DNA of 29,811 bases from a bacterium. Its GTDB lineage: Bacteria > Hinthialibacterota > Hinthialibacteria > Hinthialibacterales > Hinthialibacteraceae. Under the pieces are notes generated by a model. The model made no database searches and was not told the DNA's origin. It saw only the letters and a list, made by a program, of their open reading frames with translations. Every line of letters starts with the position of its first letter. The first letter of the stretch is position 1. Shown here one piece after another: positions 9,995-17,789 of this stretch. The position numbers were made by a program, and so were the translations under genes. Location: contig CAXXSM010000054.1 in the NCBI GenBank assembly GCA_963663405.2, positions 1-29,811 on the forward strand, in the 5' to 3' direction.

Positions 9995-11041
9995 TCAATA
10001 CATCATCCATCCAGAGACACTGACTACTTCTTCTTCCACAAATTTAAGGATGCCGCGTGGGTAGTTGTGGAATCCACCGTCTCCCATGTCATTCCACGTG
10101 ATCAAGCCGATCCCTCTTTCATTATCGATAGCGTCTGTGTAACCACAGACGTTGAACAGCCATTCGTCACCTTCTTGGACGTATACGCCATTCTCATCTG
10201 GAATCATGATCAGGTTTTCGGCGAACATGTCCACATCTTCAATGACTTCTACATCCGGTAGAGCGGCCAAGCCGAGCTGCGAGTACGGAAACGCGATTTC
10301 CAGCACGGGAGAGGCGACAATGTCTTCTCCAAGAACAGCGCCTTCAATCAAATGCGGCAAAGCGGCCAGTAAAAGGGGTTTCACGCCCAATTCTTCCGCC
10401 AATACGGGATCGGAAGTTGGATCCCAACCACCTGGGGCATAAGATCCAGTAGTCCCTGTGTGGAAAAACGGCGGGCCTTCCGCGCCCCGGACACCAAAGT
10501 TGCCTTCATCCCAAACTTCACCATTTTCGTCAATATCCGCCTGGAGAGGAAAATAGCAGAGCTGGTAGGATGGTGAATCTCCTTCCTGATCGTTGAATCC
10601 ATCTCCCTCTTGCCAATCGGGTTCAAGAAAACATTCGAAATCGAGATTTTGTCCGACACCCCATCCCGCGTATCCTGTATCATCCGCTGCGAGAGGATCG
10701 ACGAGTACATCGGGATACGTCATGCCGTTAGGATTGAGGTAATTCAAGTCGGCGACCATCAGGAAATAGAAATAGTCATCATCCCAAAGCGCGCGCCAGC
10801 GCCAGTTGATATCGACTATTTCACCCTGATATTGCGCTAGACAGGCGCTGTGTCTCAAACCGTAGAAATCCCCCGTCCATGTCGAACCGGCCCATTCTTC
10901 CTCGGTATACTCCCCATCAATCACAGGAGGCGAGCCTGAAACCTTGTTCACTTCGTATTCCTTCGGCGGAGCCTGACAGAATACTGGAAGCGTAACAAAT
11001 GACAGAACAATGATACACAACAGCCAAACACGCATTCTCAT
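9995..11041 (-). CDS. Secreted acidic protein with an N-terminal CBM9/DOMON-like sugar-binding domain
   Basis: RBS AAGGAG before ATG 11041; signal peptide MRMRVWLLCIIVLSFVTLPVFC; PPVIDG..EEEW and WRALWDDDYFYF are CBM9-like; later LEIAFP; ends EEEVVSVSGWMMY. Confidence 0.65.
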   Translation of the reverse strand: MRMRVWLLCIIVLSFVTLPVFCQAPPKEYEVNKVSGSPPVIDGEYTEEEWAGSTWTGDFYGLRHSACLAQYQGEIVDINWRWRALWDDDYFYFLMVADLNYLNPNGMTYPDVLVDPLAADDTGYAGWGVGQNLDFECFLEPDWQEGDGFNDQEGDSPSYQLCYFPLQADIDENGEVWDEGNFGVRGAEGPPFFHTGTTGSYAPGGWDPTSDPVLAEELGVKPLLLAALPHLIEGAVLGEDIVASPVLEIAFPYSQLGLAALPDVEVIEDVDMFAENLIMIPDENGVYVQEGDEWLFNVCGYTDAIDNERGIGLITWNDMGDGGFHNYPRGILKFVEEEVVSVSGWMMY

Positions 11042-11109
11042 CTCTTTCTCCTTTTTTAATTGATTTCTTATGCGATCTTCACACAAGATAAAATATCAAA
11101 AGCTTCTTG

Positions 11110-11138
11110 AATTTACCATACTATCATCGTGTTTACAA
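11110..11138 (-). promoter_or_regulatory. Putative sigma-70 promoter for the CBM9-like gene
   Basis: Minus strand TTGTAA-17 nt-TAAATT with an extended -10 TG, about 70 nt upstream of the ATG. Confidence 0.5.
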
Positions 11139-11240
11139 GAAAAATTTTTATATTATTATTTAATTTATGTAGGAACAGTGTGGAGTCAGACATTTTTGTG
11201 AGATTAATAACAATGTTTGTGGAATAATCGAATCTTTCGG

Positions 11241-11260
11241 AGAGCGCGTTAGAGCGCGTT
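11241..11260. repeat. Perfect 10-bp tandem direct repeat
   Basis: AGAGCGCGTT twice, in an otherwise AT-rich intergenic region. Confidence 0.9.
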
Positions 11261-11278
11261 AAGGATTCATTTCTAGGT

Positions 11279-13333
11279 TTAGTGAGAATTCTGCTTCAAT
11301 TTCTTTATGCAAGTCACTTTATACTGCAGTTCGTCACGAGTGTTTACTTCACAAACACTGCCTTTTTTATAAGCGCGTTGAGCGTCTTCTTTTCGATTTA
11401 ACAATTCGTACATGAAACCTTGGTAGTAAAAAGAAGCGGGATGGGGATGTTCGGATTGCGTTAAGCGATCATAAATAGCGATAACGGTTTCTTGTTGTTC
11501 CGTCAATTGATCCTGTAGAATGACGTGCGCAGCCTCCAAATCCGGTTGACTTTGAACGAGTTTTTCAAGGACACTAAACGCCGTTGGATCGTCACTGGCG
11601 AATAATAGAAGGGTGTAATGCAAGAGGATTAATGAAGAATCCGGATCGAGATTCAATGCGGACTGCAAAGCGGATCGAGATTCTTCCAACCGGTTCAATT
11701 GGAATAGCAAAACACCCAGTTCCCGGTAGGCGTTCACATTTTTAGGATCGTCTTTGACTGAGTCTTTGAAATACGCGGCCGCCTCATCTGTTTTCTTTTC
11801 TTTCAAACAGATAAGTCCCATGTAATATTTCGCTACGGCATAATTCGCATTCAATTTCAAAGCTTTCTTGAACGATGCTTTCGCGCTTTCCAAATCTCCT
11901 CGATCTAGAGCGGCTTTACCCGTATCCAGATAAACTTCAGGAATCTCGATCTGCCCGAATCCATATCCCCCCATCATACCCATACCCATACCCATTCCCA
12001 TTCCTCCCGCTGGCGGCGCCATCCCATACATCCCCATCCCATACCCACCTACCGGAGGAGGAATTGGAGTGGGCACATTCAATGGACCGCCCAATAGGAC
12101 TTTGAATTCGTCCTGATAGTCTTGTTTGAAGGCTTTGGTCAAAGCCTGCCCCGGCGCGTCGCTGGGAACTGTTTCGTCCAACATGTATAGCAAAGTCGGG
12201 TAGACATCATAGATGGAAGCCTTGCTTTTTTCTGTAGCCGGTTCTATAGCGCCTCCCGCTAACAGGAGAAGCCCTTCTTTGACACGCAGGGAAGCGGGCG
12301 CCGTGCTCTCTTCAATATCTCCTGCAGCCGCTGAACGCAAGCCATAGCCGGACACCAGAACGAAATAATCGTCATCCGCATAAAAGTTGAGCAATTCTCC
12401 TATGATCCGGTCGGTATAGCGGTAGTAGTCTTCAATGATGGACTGATAGGCGCCGCGGAGTTCTTCGTTCGCCTTTTCCGGAGGGGTGAGTTGTTCTCGG
12501 ATGCGGCCGGTTCCTTCAAGATAGATCATCGCCATTTCGGGTTGACTGTTTCTCCACAGATTCTCCGCGATACGCCGGCAGGATTCAGCGGACGCAAGAG
12601 CGCGCTTAATTACACTGAATTGTTTTTGGTAATTCTCCTGCTCGCGTATGAGCGCCATTCTCTTTTCGCCGATAAACAACTCCACAGACGCGTCGGCGAT
12701 ATCCGAGGCGGTTAATAAATAAGAGGCGAGTTCATCTTGTAAAGATCCTGGATGGATCAGATTACCAGTGATATCAGAATCACCTACAGGGAAATCGTAA
12801 ATATACTGATCCGAGACTATAGAGCCATAAATGTATTCTACCGGCCATGTCCCCCACCAACCGATCACATCGACATTCCGGCCAAAAGAAGATAGGACAT
12901 TCCAGATCGCGGGAATGCGCCGATTTGCGCTGGAAACCACTGTCACGTCATGGATATCGGCGCTCACTTCCGAATCCAATATTCCGTGTACTTTCCGGGG
13001 ATAACCCGTAGCGATCGTCGTCCAAATGGAAGGCGCCAACAAGGGTTCTTCGGATTCCAAAATAAATCCTCTACCCTGTTTCAAAATGGATTCAATATGC
13101 GGCGCTTTCCCTTTTTCGATTAACGACAGTAGAAAGTCCCAATCTGCGCCTTCCAGACCTGCCACGAGAACGCGAGAACCTTCAAATGGATGATGCGTAG
13201 GCTGAACAGCGGCCATTGACGTTGGCGTTATCGTTGGCGCCGTGGGCGCTTGTGTTTTGGTACAGGCGCTTGCTAAAAGAGCTCCAATAAAAAGTACAAT
13301 CAACCAGTTACAATTTCGATAGGCGTTCTTCAT
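11279..13333 (-). CDS. Lipoprotein: alkaline-phosphatase-superfamily (type I phosphodiesterase-like) domain, Gly/Met-rich linker, TPR repeats; probably catalytically inactive
   Basis: Likely start MKNAYRNCNWLIVLFIGALLASA-C (lipobox), then a Thr/Pro tether. RVLVAGLEGADW, WTTIATG..HGI, PAIWN and WWGTWP give the AP fold. TPRs include GKAALDRGDLESAKASFKKALKLN and AYRELGVLLFQLNRLEESRSALQSALNLDP. The ORF is open upstream to 13597. Confidence 0.8.
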   Translation of the reverse strand: MKNAYRNCNWLIVLFIGALLASACTKTQAPTAPTITPTSMAAVQPTHHPFEGSRVLVAGLEGADWDFLLSLIEKGKAPHIESILKQGRGFILESEEPLLAPSIWTTIATGYPRKVHGILDSEVSADIHDVTVVSSANRRIPAIWNVLSSFGRNVDVIGWWGTWPVEYIYGSIVSDQYIYDFPVGDSDITGNLIHPGSLQDELASYLLTASDIADASVELFIGEKRMALIREQENYQKQFSVIKRALASAESCRRIAENLWRNSQPEMAMIYLEGTGRIREQLTPPEKANEELRGAYQSIIEDYYRYTDRIIGELLNFYADDDYFVLVSGYGLRSAAAGDIEESTAPASLRVKEGLLLLAGGAIEPATEKSKASIYDVYPTLLYMLDETVPSDAPGQALTKAFKQDYQDEFKVLLGGPLNVPTPIPPPVGGYGMGMYGMAPPAGGMGMGMGMGMMGGYGFGQIEIPEVYLDTGKAALDRGDLESAKASFKKALKLNANYAVAKYYMGLICLKEKKTDEAAAYFKDSVKDDPKNVNAYRELGVLLFQLNRLEESRSALQSALNLDPDSSLILLHYTLLLFASDDPTAFSVLEKLVQSQPDLEAAHVILQDQLTEQQETVIAIYDRLTQSEHPHPASFYYQGFMYELLNRKEDAQRAYKKGSVCEVNTRDELQYKVTCIKKLKQNSH

Positions 13334-13673
13334 TGATCTGTGTATTCGCTTCCTGCAGGATTTTCTGAATGATCGCGATGCGTTGTCTGTGTTTTTAATA
13401 ACAATATGATTAGTACGAATTATCTTGCGAATCTCATCATACAGATATTTCACACAGGGAAACCGCTCCAGTAATTGCAAAACAATAAATCCCTCACTGG
13501 ATCGAATCGGCTTACTAACATCACCGGGCGCAAGCATATGTACGGCGCGGTCGATCGCAGGAGAAATGGGCAGAGTGATTGTCTCGTCCCGTTTCACAGT
13601 TAGATCCGGATGAGAATCGACTTCGGCTCTACTCCCTAGTAGACGTTGAACCGGATAAATTGTTTTACAGTCT
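13334..13673 (-). pseudogene. Degenerate parvulin/PrsA-SurA-type peptidyl-prolyl isomerase fragment
   Basis: PAIDRAVHMLAPGDVSKPIRSSEGFIVLQLLER matches the parvulin C-terminal pattern (P.F..A...L..GevS.Pi.S..G..iikl.e). The N-terminal half is absent and an in-frame stop lies upstream. Confidence 0.5.
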
Positions 13674-14057
13674 TAGAGAAAACTTTCGGGAGTTCCGTTT
13701 TCAGGCAATAGAACGAATATGACTTTGTAAATGTCCACAGCGGTCCTTCTCAAAAAAAAACACTATTATCGTTCTCATCATTGACATAGATAGAAGCCCC
13801 AGTTGTACAGAATTCCAGCCCGGCGCGCGATCAGTTTTCTTTCTTTTTCAATCTTATCAGATTATAAAGAACAGCGCCTTGAAAACAACCAATCATGGGA
13901 AAACTTTACAAAGAATAAAAAAAGTATTTTAAAAATTTCCTTACAATTCCTTATTCCTTCCAAACTCTATAAATGATTCATTCTGACGCGCTAAAACGAA
14001 GGCGCGCAGGTATGAGCCAGCCAAAATGACATATCCTCTTTATGCTCACCAGACACA

Positions 14058-14070
14058 TAAAGCATTGATT
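14058..14070 (-). promoter_or_regulatory. IHF binding site
   Basis: Minus strand AATCAATGCTTTA is an exact WATCAANNNNTTR match, about 20 nt upstream of the sigma-54 -24 element. Confidence 0.6.
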
Positions 14071-14087
14071 TTAAACATTTTATAAAA

Positions 14088-14104
14088 TTGGCACAAATTA
14101 TGCT
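14088..14104 (+). promoter_or_regulatory. Sigma-54 (-24/-12) promoter of hsp20
   Basis: TTGGCACAAATTATGCT: GG (14090-91) and GC (14102-03) are exactly 10 nt apart, with a TGGCAC core. Confidence 0.75.
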
Positions 14105-14170
14105 ATCTTTGTTAAGCAAGTCATCTAACGAAGAAAAAAAGAGATGAAAGAGATCAAAAGGAGAAATACA

Positions 14171-14617
14171 ATGAAACTCGTTCCTCATAGCACACATTTC
14201 ACATTTAATCGGATTCCTGGTTTTGACGCGTTCGACCGTTTATTTGAACGTCCCTTTTTCGAGCGAAAGCCGGACAGTGGAGAAAGTACAATATGGTATC
14301 CCGCGGTTGATTGGAGTGAAACGGAAAATGGGTATCACTTCGCAGCTGACCTTCCCGGTGTCGCGAAAGACGATATCGAGATTTCTGTGAAGGAAGGCGT
14401 TCTGACTCTCCAAGGAGAGCGGAAATCGGAAACAAAAGAAACGGATAAGAAATTCAGCCGCGTGGAACGGTGGAGCGGGAAATTCTTCCGGCGCATCGCC
14501 CTGCCGAGAGATGTCGACAGTGGCAAAATCGAGGCCAGTTACGAAAATGGTGTCTTACAACTCCATGTTCCAAAAAGTGAAGAAGCCAAACCCCGGAAGA
14601 TTGAAGTCAAATTCTAG
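14171..14617 (+). CDS. Small heat shock protein, Hsp20/alpha-crystallin family
   Basis: PAVD..ET, ADLPGV.KDDIEI, LTLQGER, ERWSGKFFRRIALP, ASYENGVLQLHVPK and C-terminal IEV (IXI) motif; AGGAG RBS before ATG 14171. Confidence 0.96.
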   Translation: MKLVPHSTHFTFNRIPGFDAFDRLFERPFFERKPDSGESTIWYPAVDWSETENGYHFAADLPGVAKDDIEISVKEGVLTLQGERKSETKETDKKFSRVERWSGKFFRRIALPRDVDSGKIEASYENGVLQLHVPKSEEAKPRKIEVKF

Positions 14618-14698
14618 ACCGGTTCAAAACAGCGCAGTATAACCTTCCTAACAGGTTATCTCACCGCCACATTTCAACGGATCAATGACGTCCGTAGT

Positions 14699-14727
14699 TC
14701 CCCACTCTCCGGAGTGGGGATTTTTTT
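14699..14727 (+). terminator. Rho-independent terminator of hsp20
   Basis: TCCCCACTC-TCCG-GAGTGGGGA followed by T7. Confidence 0.88.
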
Positions 14728-14814
14728 GAATATTGTTGAGGAAACAATTGACTTTCAGGCGGTGTTGCGGCGTGAACGGAAGAATTTCGTGATTTTCACT
14801 TCCGCAGCGTTTAC

Positions 14815-16251
14815 TTACACTAACGAATAAATCCATTCGATCAGCCGCGCCGGAACGGTTCCCATCCATAACAGTAAAAGAGTTAACAATGCCAATGCGA
14901 AACAACTGGCCCAAGGGAGAGGGATATTCGCTTGGATTGCCGGACGGGTGTTTTCAGCGTTAGAAAACATCGTGACGATAATGCGGAGATAGTAGAACAA
15001 TCCGATGGAACTACTGAGCGCCAACACCAGCACAATCAACCATTCCGCGGAACGGACTCCCGCGGCGACAATATAAAACTTACCGATAAAACCACCAGTC
15101 AAAGGAATCCCCGCGAGGGAGAGAAGCGCAAATGTAAAAATCCCAGCGATCCAGGGCCGCCGCCAATAAAGACCAAGATAATCATCCAATTCTTCCGCCT
15201 CGGTCTCTTTGGTGGATAAGATACTGATAATCCCGAAGGCGATCAATGTCGTAATCATATACGCGGTGATATAGAAAATTCCAGCGGACGCAGCGATCGA
15301 ATTTACAGCGATTATCGTGACCAATAAATACCCCAGATGAGCGATGGATGAAAAGGCCAGGATGCGTTTGACATTATTCTGCATCAAGGCCAACCAATTC
15401 CCCGCCAACATCGAGACGATAGCGATTAGCGCCAACGAGAAATAGAGAATCGGCGCATTCGGAACATCAGCAGGCCTGAAATACCGCAGGACAACAGCAA
15501 ACATCCCACCTTTCGAAACAGTGGCGATGAACGCTGTGATTGGAGCGGCGGCGCCTTGGTAAACGTCCGGTGTCCATAGATGAAACGGAACGAGCGCGAG
15601 TTTGAATCCGACTCCCACCAACATCATGGCCAAGCCTGTCAATAAGATAACACTCGCTTCTGTTTTGCCTCCATTGAGAATCGTTGTGATTTCGCCGAGA
15701 TTCATCGTTCCCAAATCGGCATAGATCAATGCCATGCCAAATAAAAAGAAGGCGGAAGAGACAGAGGCGAGTATCAAATATTTAATGCCCGCTTCCAAAC
15801 AACGGATTTCTTTCCGTAAATAAGATATCAACCCATACAGTGAAATCGTAAGAATTTCCAATCCCAACAGCAGGGACGCAAAATGACTGCTGGCCGCCAA
15901 AACAGATGATCCCAGCGACGCCAGCAACATGAGCAAATAGAGTTCTTCCGGGTACTTCACATCTCTGCCATCCATATAATTGTATGTAAGAAGACACACG
16001 GACGCCGTGGCGGCCAGAATCAATCCCATAAAGTAAAACGCGAATCCATCCACCCGGATCAGCTCCGTGGCTTGTTGGGGAAGATAGCCGGTTACTAGAA
16101 AAAGAGAGAGAAACGCCGCGAATAAAACAGAAAGTGATAGTATGACCGTGAGTCGATGACAGCGATAGAAGGGAATGACCAGCATAACCAACACGGATCC
16201 GAAGGCAAGAATCATATAGGGAACAAGAGCGATCAGCGCCGAGGTGTTCAT
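14815..16251 (-). CDS. nuoN: NADH-quinone oxidoreductase subunit N
   Basis: LEAGIKY, GFKLALVPFHLWTPDVYQGA, NVKRILAFSSIAHLGY, SLAGIPLTGGFIGK; last gene of the operon. Confidence 0.96.
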   Translation of the reverse strand: MNTSALIALVPYMILAFGSVLVMLVIPFYRCHRLTVILSLSVLFAAFLSLFLVTGYLPQQATELIRVDGFAFYFMGLILAATASVCLLTYNYMDGRDVKYPEELYLLMLLASLGSSVLAASSHFASLLLGLEILTISLYGLISYLRKEIRCLEAGIKYLILASVSSAFFLFGMALIYADLGTMNLGEITTILNGGKTEASVILLTGLAMMLVGVGFKLALVPFHLWTPDVYQGAAAPITAFIATVSKGGMFAVVLRYFRPADVPNAPILYFSLALIAIVSMLAGNWLALMQNNVKRILAFSSIAHLGYLLVTIIAVNSIAASAGIFYITAYMITTLIAFGIISILSTKETEAEELDDYLGLYWRRPWIAGIFTFALLSLAGIPLTGGFIGKFYIVAAGVRSAEWLIVLVLALSSSIGLFYYLRIIVTMFSNAENTRPAIQANIPLPWASCFALALLTLLLLWMGTVPARLIEWIYSLV

Positions 16252-17789
16252 CGAATGCCTCCCCCTATATCAGAACTCAATGGTTGTGGTGGGAGATAAG
16301 AATAATGTTCAACTTCGTTTGGCAATAAGAGCAATCGATCGATGGTTGGCTGAACGGTATCTAAAACAGGTTGTGGATAGAGTCCCAAAACGATCAAAAA
16401 GAGAATCAAGGCGCCTACGATAATCCACTCCCGCATACATAAATCGTCAATCCGCCAGTTTTCCGTATTCGGTCCTAGAAAAACTTTCTGCATCAAGCGC
16501 AAAGAGTACACCGTGGCGAATACCAATCCAATTACGGACAATCCCGCCAAGACCATGCTGACTTGATATACGCCGATGAGAATTAAAAACTCGGCGACGA
16601 AATTCGCCAGCCCCGGCAGACCTAAAGAAGCCATGACAAACACCATCGTTACGCCCCCCATGCGCGGCGCGGCGGACCACAAACCGCCCATGCGATCCAG
16701 ATCGCGGGTATGCGTACGCTCGTGCAAGATCCCAGCCATGATAAACAAGGCGGAGGTGCTTAATCCATGCGCGATCATCTGCATGACCGTTCCCTGATAC
16801 GCCCACTCATTCATGGCAAATATGCCGAGTAAAACGAATCCCATATGACTGACGCTGGTGTACGCCACCAGACGTTTGAAATCCGTCTGCGCAAAGGCTA
16901 ACTTAGCGCCATATAAAATACCGATCGCGCCCAGTGTCATCGCATAAGGGGCCAGCGCTTCCGCCGCATTGGGGAAAATCGGTAGGACAAAACGCAACAG
17001 ACCATACGCGCCCGTTTTGAGAAGGAGCCCGGCCAATATCACGCTGCCGGCCGTCGGCGCTTCTGTATGCGCGTCAGGCAGCCATGTATGAATCGGCACG
17101 GCGGGCAGTTTAACAGCGAACGCTAGGACAAATCCCCACATCAACCACCAGGCCGTCCAACTATCCATATCCGTATGGATCAGGTCATTGTAGTTAAAGG
17201 TATAATCGCCTGTTGTTTGACCGTGAATAAAATAAACGCCTAAAATACCCAACAGCATCAACAGCCCACTTACTTGAGTGAAAATGAAAAACTTATAGGC
17301 GGCGTAGATCCGGTTTTCATGCCCCCAAACGCCGATTAGAAAATACATCGGCACAAGCATTAGTTCCCAGAAAAAGTAGAATAGGAATAGATCGAGCGCT
17401 AGAAACACCCCAACAATTCCTGCCAATACCCAGAGCAGATTTAGATGAAAAAAGCCTATACGCTCTGTGATTTCCTTCCAGGAAACGAGCACGGCGAGGA
17501 TTCCAAGGAACAACGTCAAGATCACCATCGTCAGGCTCAAACCATCAATTCCCAAATGAAATTCGATACCGAGTTGGGGAATCCACGGCGTTTTCCAAAC
17601 GGCGATCCAAGAATTGTTTTCCGTTGCCGGATCGATCCAAGTCCGCCCACAAATCGAAATCGCCAGCAGCAGGTCGATAACCAGAGCGCTTAGAGCGGTC
17701 CAACGGGCGTTTTGCGCATTCCAACGGCTGACCACCGCCGAAAGCAGGCCGCTAAGAAGCAAGATGAGAATCAGAAACAATAAAATCAT
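16248..17789 (-). CDS. nuoM: NADH-quinone oxidoreductase subunit M
   Basis: DGLSL, FWELMLVPMY, AVKLP.VPIHTWLPDAHTEAP, KRLVAYTSVSHMG; start ATG overlaps the nuoL stop (ATGA at 17786-17789). Confidence 0.96.
   Translation of the reverse strand: MILLFLILILLLSGLLSAVVSRWNAQNARWTALSALVIDLLLAISICGRTWIDPATENNSWIAVWKTPWIPQLGIEFHLGIDGLSLTMVILTLFLGILAVLVSWKEITERIGFFHLNLLWVLAGIVGVFLALDLFLFYFFWELMLVPMYFLIGVWGHENRIYAAYKFFIFTQVSGLLMLLGILGVYFIHGQTTGDYTFNYNDLIHTDMDSWTAWWLMWGFVLAFAVKLPAVPIHTWLPDAHTEAPTAGSVILAGLLLKTGAYGLLRFVLPIFPNAAEALAPYAMTLGAIGILYGAKLAFAQTDFKRLVAYTSVSHMGFVLLGIFAMNEWAYQGTVMQMIAHGLSTSALFIMAGILHERTHTRDLDRMGGLWSAAPRMGGVTMVFVMASLGLPGLANFVAEFLILIGVYQVSMVLAGLSVIGLVFATVYSLRLMQKVFLGPNTENWRIDDLCMREWIIVGALILFLIVLGLYPQPVLDTVQPTIDRLLLLPNEVEHYSYLPPQPLSSDIGGGIR

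Noticed and set aside
13334-13597. 772-aa PPIase-AP-TPR fusion as called by the ORF track
   Set aside because: A lipoprotein signal peptide starts at Met 13333 and the upstream parvulin piece is incomplete, so the long start is probably an over-extension.
14085-14115. CIRCE (HrcA) element upstream of hsp20
   Set aside because: TTGGCAC resembles the left arm, but no GAGTGCTAA right arm lies at 9-nt spacing. The sequence fits sigma-54 GG-N10-GC instead.
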